Source of the DNA: a virus
Lineage: Duplodnaviria > Caudoviricetes
DNA length: 39,861 bases
Virus record (IMG/VR): IMGVR_UViG_3300025502_000058
Span: 1 to 39,861 of that record
Direction: 5' to 3' (one strand)
The translations under genes were made by a program, and so were the position numbers. The notes under the pieces are model-generated. The model did not search any database. It was not told the DNA's origin and saw only the letters and a program-made list of their open reading frames with translations. Shown piece by piece: positions 36,420-39,861 of the stretch. Positions within the stretch are counted from its first letter, which is position 1. Each line of letters starts with the position of its first letter.

Positions 36420-36888
36420 TCTTTTAGTTCTATCAGTAGACCCGGGAAAAGCAAGCGGGATTGCTGTACTTAAATGGGGTACAGAAAGTGGGAATCCTAC
36501 TCCAGACTTAGTTTGGTCCACCGAGGTTCAACCGGACATATTTGCGGACAGTGTCGAAGAAGGGTTTAAAATTTGCTCCGAATTGGGGGAGTACGTTGTG
36601 GCATGTGAATCTTTTGTTATAAACGCCCAGACGGTACGAAACTCTCAGGCTCCTTGGAGTTTAGAGAATATTGGCGTGTTAAAACACATCTGCCGTCGAT
36701 CAGGCTACGACCCCCTAAATATCGCATTTCAAGCCCCTGTGAACGCCAAAAATATGTTCCCTAACCCTGCGCTGAAAACGCTCGAATTGTGGCACAAGGG
36801 CGGTGAGGGGCACGCTAATGACGCAATACGGCATGGTCTTCTGGCCCTAGTTAAACTGGGATGGAAGCCAACAGCCCTACTAGATTAA
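36412..36888 (+). CDS. RuvC-like Holliday junction resolvase
   Basis: VLSVDPGKASGIA, ACESF and HANDAIRH acidic motifs. ATG 36412 overlaps the end of polA. Confidence 0.75.
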   Translation: MSNLLVLSVDPGKASGIAVLKWGTESGNPTPDLVWSTEVQPDIFADSVEEGFKICSELGEYVVACESFVINAQTVRNSQAPWSLENIGVLKHICRRSGYDPLNIAFQAPVNAKNMFPNPALKTLELWHKGGEGHANDAIRHGLLALVKLGWKPTALLD

Positions 36889-36905
36889 AAAGCACTAGCG
36901 AATAA

Positions 36906-36934
36906 TTGAACTAAAAACTTTTCTGTGCTAGTAT
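36906..36934 (+). promoter_or_regulatory. Sigma-70/SigA-type promoter for the helicase operon
   Basis: TTGAAC (36906-36911), 17-bp spacer, TAGTAT (36929-36934) preceded by an extended TG. Confidence 0.55.
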
Positions 36935-36960
36935 CTCCGTATATACATGAAGGGACAAAA

Positions 36961-38790
36961 ATGACAGTTTCTGTAGATTTAGATCTAATTACCGGAAAGC
37001 ACATCAGAATTGATGCTGAATGGCGGTATAAGGAGCTTTGTAAGAGTATTCCGGGGTCTTCTTGGAACACAGCAGAAAAGGTGTGGCGTGTCCCCCTAAG
37101 TTGGGCAAGTTGCCTAGCGCTTAGGTCTACGTTCAGAGAGCATCTCGTTATTGAAGACGGATTGGCCCAGTGGGCTACAGATCTTGTAACCAATCAAATT
37201 AACCCAAGCATGGCACTAAGAGAGCTTGTTGAAGGAGAGGGGGACGAAGACCTGTTCCCACACCAACGAGCAGGAGTGTCCTTCCTTAAGACGGCAAAAA
37301 AGGCCCTTCTTGCCGACGAACCAGGGCTTGGTAAAACCGCCACAGCAATTCGTGCGCTAAAGGGGTTGCATGAGGGCGGGGAGACTGTATTCCCTGCACT
37401 AATTGTTTGTCCTAATACTCTTAAGAAAAACTGGGAACGAGAGTTTGCTATGTGGTGGCCTGAAGTTGAGCCAGTAGTAGTAAAAGGGACTTCGGCTAAG
37501 CGTAAGAAACTTTTTGATGAGATTTTAGACGAAGATGCTGACCCCAATCAAAAAACGGCAGTCATCATTAACTGGGAGTCTCTTCGTATGCACTCTCGCT
37601 TGGCTGGGTTTGGCTCTATTGCCCTAACAAGATGTGTTGCTTGCGGTGGCCTTGACGAAAAAGTTTCTGCTAATCGATGCGAAGTCCATATTAAAGAACT
37701 AAATAAAATTAACTTCGGGTCTGTTGTGGCAGACGAAATCCATAGATCTAAAGAACCTAAGAGTAAACAAACTCGCGCTCTGTGGTCTGCTACGGGAGAT
37801 GCAAAGATTAGATTTGCTCTTACCGGAACTCCCATAGCAAACAATGTTGTGGACATGTGGTCCATACTCCATTGGCTCTCGCCAGAAGACTGGCCAAGCA
37901 AAACAAAGTGGATTGACATGTACATTGACACAATGATGAACGCTTTTGGCGGTCTGATGGTTCTTGGCGTCAAGCCACATATGCAGGAAGACTTTTATAA
38001 GGCTGTAAACCCTCGTATGAGGAGAATGCTTAAAAAAACAGTACTTCCTTGGCTCCCAGAAGTTGTCAATGAGCGACGAGATGTTGAGATGTCTACTAAG
38101 CAAAAGAAAGCATATAATCAGATGCGAGACCATATGATTGCAGAGTTACAGGATGGAGAGATCTTAACGGCTCCTAGCGTTCTTACACAGACTCTTCGCT
38201 TAAGTCAATTTGCTTCTTCATTCGCGGAAATTGTGGTGGACGAATCTTCAGGAGAATCTAAGGCAGTCCTCACGGAGCCATCATGCAAAGTAGATCAACT
38301 TATGGACGACATTAAAAGTGGAGACTTTGGCGAAGACTCCGTTGCGGTGTGCGCTGTGTCTCGCCAACTAATTGAGCTCCTTAGCACTGCTATGACAAAA
38401 GCTAAAATTGATCACGGATTGATTACTGGTGCTCAAGACGAAGACGAACGTCAAAAGGCCGTTGAAGATTTTCAGTCCGGAAAAATAAAGTGGATTTTGT
38501 TTACTGCTCAAGCGGGTGGAGTTGGTATTACCTTGACAGCAGCCCGTAGACTTATTATGCTACAGAGACCTTGGTCATTGGTTGACTACAAACAAGCCCT
38601 AGACCGAGTACACAGGATTGGTTCAGAAATCCATGACTCTATTGTTATCACAGACTATGTTACTGAAGGGTCTATAGAAGAACGTGTAATTCAAGTGCTA
38701 GACACAAAAGCGGATAATTTCGAACAGATTGTTCGTGACAAAGATAAACTTATTCAACTTCTTAAAGACGATAAGGCAGGGAAACTATGA
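36961..38790 (+). CDS. SNF2-family helicase/ATPase
   Basis: LADEPGLGKT (I), CPNTL (Ia), DEIH (II), LTGTP (III), GGVGITLT (V), QALDRVHRIG (VI). ATG 36961 follows GAAGGG. Confidence 0.92.
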   Translation: MTVSVDLDLITGKHIRIDAEWRYKELCKSIPGSSWNTAEKVWRVPLSWASCLALRSTFREHLVIEDGLAQWATDLVTNQINPSMALRELVEGEGDEDLFPHQRAGVSFLKTAKKALLADEPGLGKTATAIRALKGLHEGGETVFPALIVCPNTLKKNWEREFAMWWPEVEPVVVKGTSAKRKKLFDEILDEDADPNQKTAVIINWESLRMHSRLAGFGSIALTRCVACGGLDEKVSANRCEVHIKELNKINFGSVVADEIHRSKEPKSKQTRALWSATGDAKIRFALTGTPIANNVVDMWSILHWLSPEDWPSKTKWIDMYIDTMMNAFGGLMVLGVKPHMQEDFYKAVNPRMRRMLKKTVLPWLPEVVNERRDVEMSTKQKKAYNQMRDHMIAELQDGEILTAPSVLTQTLRLSQFASSFAEIVVDESSGESKAVLTEPSCKVDQLMDDIKSGDFGEDSVAVCAVSRQLIELLSTAMTKAKIDHGLITGAQDEDERQKAVEDFQSGKIKWILFTAQAGGVGITLTAARRLIMLQRPWSLVDYKQALDRVHRIGSEIHDSIVITDYVTEGSIEERVIQVLDTKADNFEQIVRDKDKLIQLLKDDKAGKL

Positions 38791-39707
38791 CCGTAAGACT
38801 TTCAAACTCTGAAATCCAGACATTCAAAGAATGTCGAAGAAAATGGTTCTTATCGTATTACAGAGCCATGCAGCCAAAACAAAAAAGCCATACAGGCCCT
38901 CTGGCTATGGGGACTCGTATCCACGCTGCGTTAGATGACTACTACGCTCAGGGTGTCTACCTGCTAGATGCCCACGAAGAATTGGTTAAAAAAGATCGTC
39001 TAACGCTAGAGACGGAATTGCGTGACACAACCGCACTTGACTCAGAAGCAGAGTTAGGTCGAATCATGCTCGAAGGCTACCTAGAGTGGGTAGAAGAGAA
39101 CGGCATTGACGCTGAGTTAGATATTATCTCAACAGAAGAAAAAATCTCTATACCGCTTTTCAATGGAGAAGTCGAACTCCAAGGAAAACTTGATATGCGC
39201 GTCCGTCGAAAGATTGACGGAGTCCGGATGTTCCGCGATTTTAAAACCGTTGGGGGTTCACTCTCAGACTTTGCAAATCTTGCTCCAATGAATGAGCAAG
39301 TCCTTACTTACATGCTCCTTGAGCAAATGAAAGAGGGAGAAGATACCAGATCAGAGGGTGGCATATTTACTATGCTAAAAAAGGTAAAGCGAACCGCACG
39401 CGCTACGCCACCTTTCTACGATCAAATAGAAGTGCGACACAATATCTTTACGTTACGTTCATTTTGGGATCGTATTCACGGAGTGATTACCGACCTTATG
39501 AGAGTTCGTAAGGCTCTTGACGACGGTGAAAGCCATGCACTTGTGGCCTACCCAACTCCGACAAGAGATTGCAAATGGAAATGTCAATTCTTCTCAATAT
39601 GTACCATGTTCGATGACGGAAGTTCAGCGGAACAGGCGCTTACTGAGATGTTTGAAGAAAAAGACCCGTACGCATACTACGAGTCAGACAAAAAAGGAAG
39701 TGAGTGA
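38787..39707 (+). CDS. PD-(D/E)XK exonuclease, Cas4/AddB-like
   Basis: LSNSEIQTFKECRRKW, GTRIH, LQGKLD, DFKT, QVLTY and C-terminal CKWKCQFFSIC. Confidence 0.85.
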   Translation: MTVRLSNSEIQTFKECRRKWFLSYYRAMQPKQKSHTGPLAMGTRIHAALDDYYAQGVYLLDAHEELVKKDRLTLETELRDTTALDSEAELGRIMLEGYLEWVEENGIDAELDIISTEEKISIPLFNGEVELQGKLDMRVRRKIDGVRMFRDFKTVGGSLSDFANLAPMNEQVLTYMLLEQMKEGEDTRSEGGIFTMLKKVKRTARATPPFYDQIEVRHNIFTLRSFWDRIHGVITDLMRVRKALDDGESHALVAYPTPTRDCKWKCQFFSICTMFDDGSSAEQALTEMFEEKDPYAYYESDKKGSE

Positions 39708-39710
39708 CGT

Positions 39711-39861
39711 ATGGTAGATGTCCAACGTTCTCTTACGGCAATGGTGTACGGAGAGTCAAAGGTAGGTAAATCTAGCTTTGCTGTCACGGCTCCATACCCA
39801 CGATTAATGCTTGATGTTGAGGGCGGTCACCGCTTTCTTCCCATCATCATTAAGTACTGGG
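39711..39861 (+). CDS. AAA-family ATPase (Sak4/AAA_24-like), truncated at the window end
   Basis: Translated by hand: MVDVQRSLTAMVYGESKVGKSSFAVTAPYPRLMLDVEGG (Walker A and DxEGG). Typical neighbour of the exonuclease. Confidence 0.78.
   Translation, partial: MVDVQRSLTAMVYGESKVGKSSFAVTAPYPRLMLDVEGGHRFLPIIIKYW

Larger units (their letters stand above)
1..39861 (+). mobile_element. Tailed phage genome segment (siphovirus-like, probable actinobacterial host)
   Basis: Continuous co-oriented portal-protease-capsid-tail-tape measure-baseplate genes followed by PolA/resolvase/helicase/exonuclease. Long tape measure and no sheath gene. Gene families and TTGTCCACA boxes resemble actinophages. No integrase or host genes seen. 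Confidence 0.93.

Noticed and set aside
36379-36960. Longer ORF-track starts for the resolvase (36379) and helicase (36925)
   Set aside because: ATG 36412 overlaps the polA end as expected for coupling. ATG 36961 has an RBS-like GAAGGG, whereas 36925 lies inside the predicted promoter.
38787-39707. CRISPR-associated cas4
   Set aside because: No cas1/cas2 or array. Its context with the helicase and AAA ATPase fits a phage recombination exonuclease.

Overview
Co-oriented (+ strand) segment of a tailed dsDNA phage, most likely a siphovirus of Actinobacteria, with no bacterial housekeeping genes. It opens with a non-coding control region containing six 16-bp direct repeats, a 17-bp direct repeat and a phased, bidirectional array of about 13 DnaA boxes. 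Next come an HTH gene, small genes and a DUF1360-like gene. The expanded head module has a portal with a LAGLIDADG intein, a Dps/ferritin fused to a phage head-associated domain, a 2204-aa mosaic protein with a Gly/Ser microsatellite linker and a C-terminal HipA/PI3-4-kinase-like domain followed by two small acidic genes, a 1636-aa multidomain prohead protease, a scaffold-fused major capsid protein and a second capsid protein. The tail module has a major tail protein, an inserted heme oxygenase, adaptor/neck genes, tail chaperones with a probable -1 frameshift, a tape measure protein, a distal tail protein, a hub and an HxH-tipped protein. The replication/recombination module begins with PolA, a RuvC-like resolvase, an SNF2 helicase, a Cas4/AddB-like exonuclease and a partial AAA ATPase. 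No terminase, lysin, integrase, tRNA or CRISPR was recognised. Best candidates for undescribed biology: the oriC-like DnaA-box array, the head-module kinase effector with candidate immunity genes, the iron-handling genes within the virion operon, and a repeated cleavage-like motif suggesting polyprotein processing of head cargo. All family assignments come from motif recognition by eye, not database searches.
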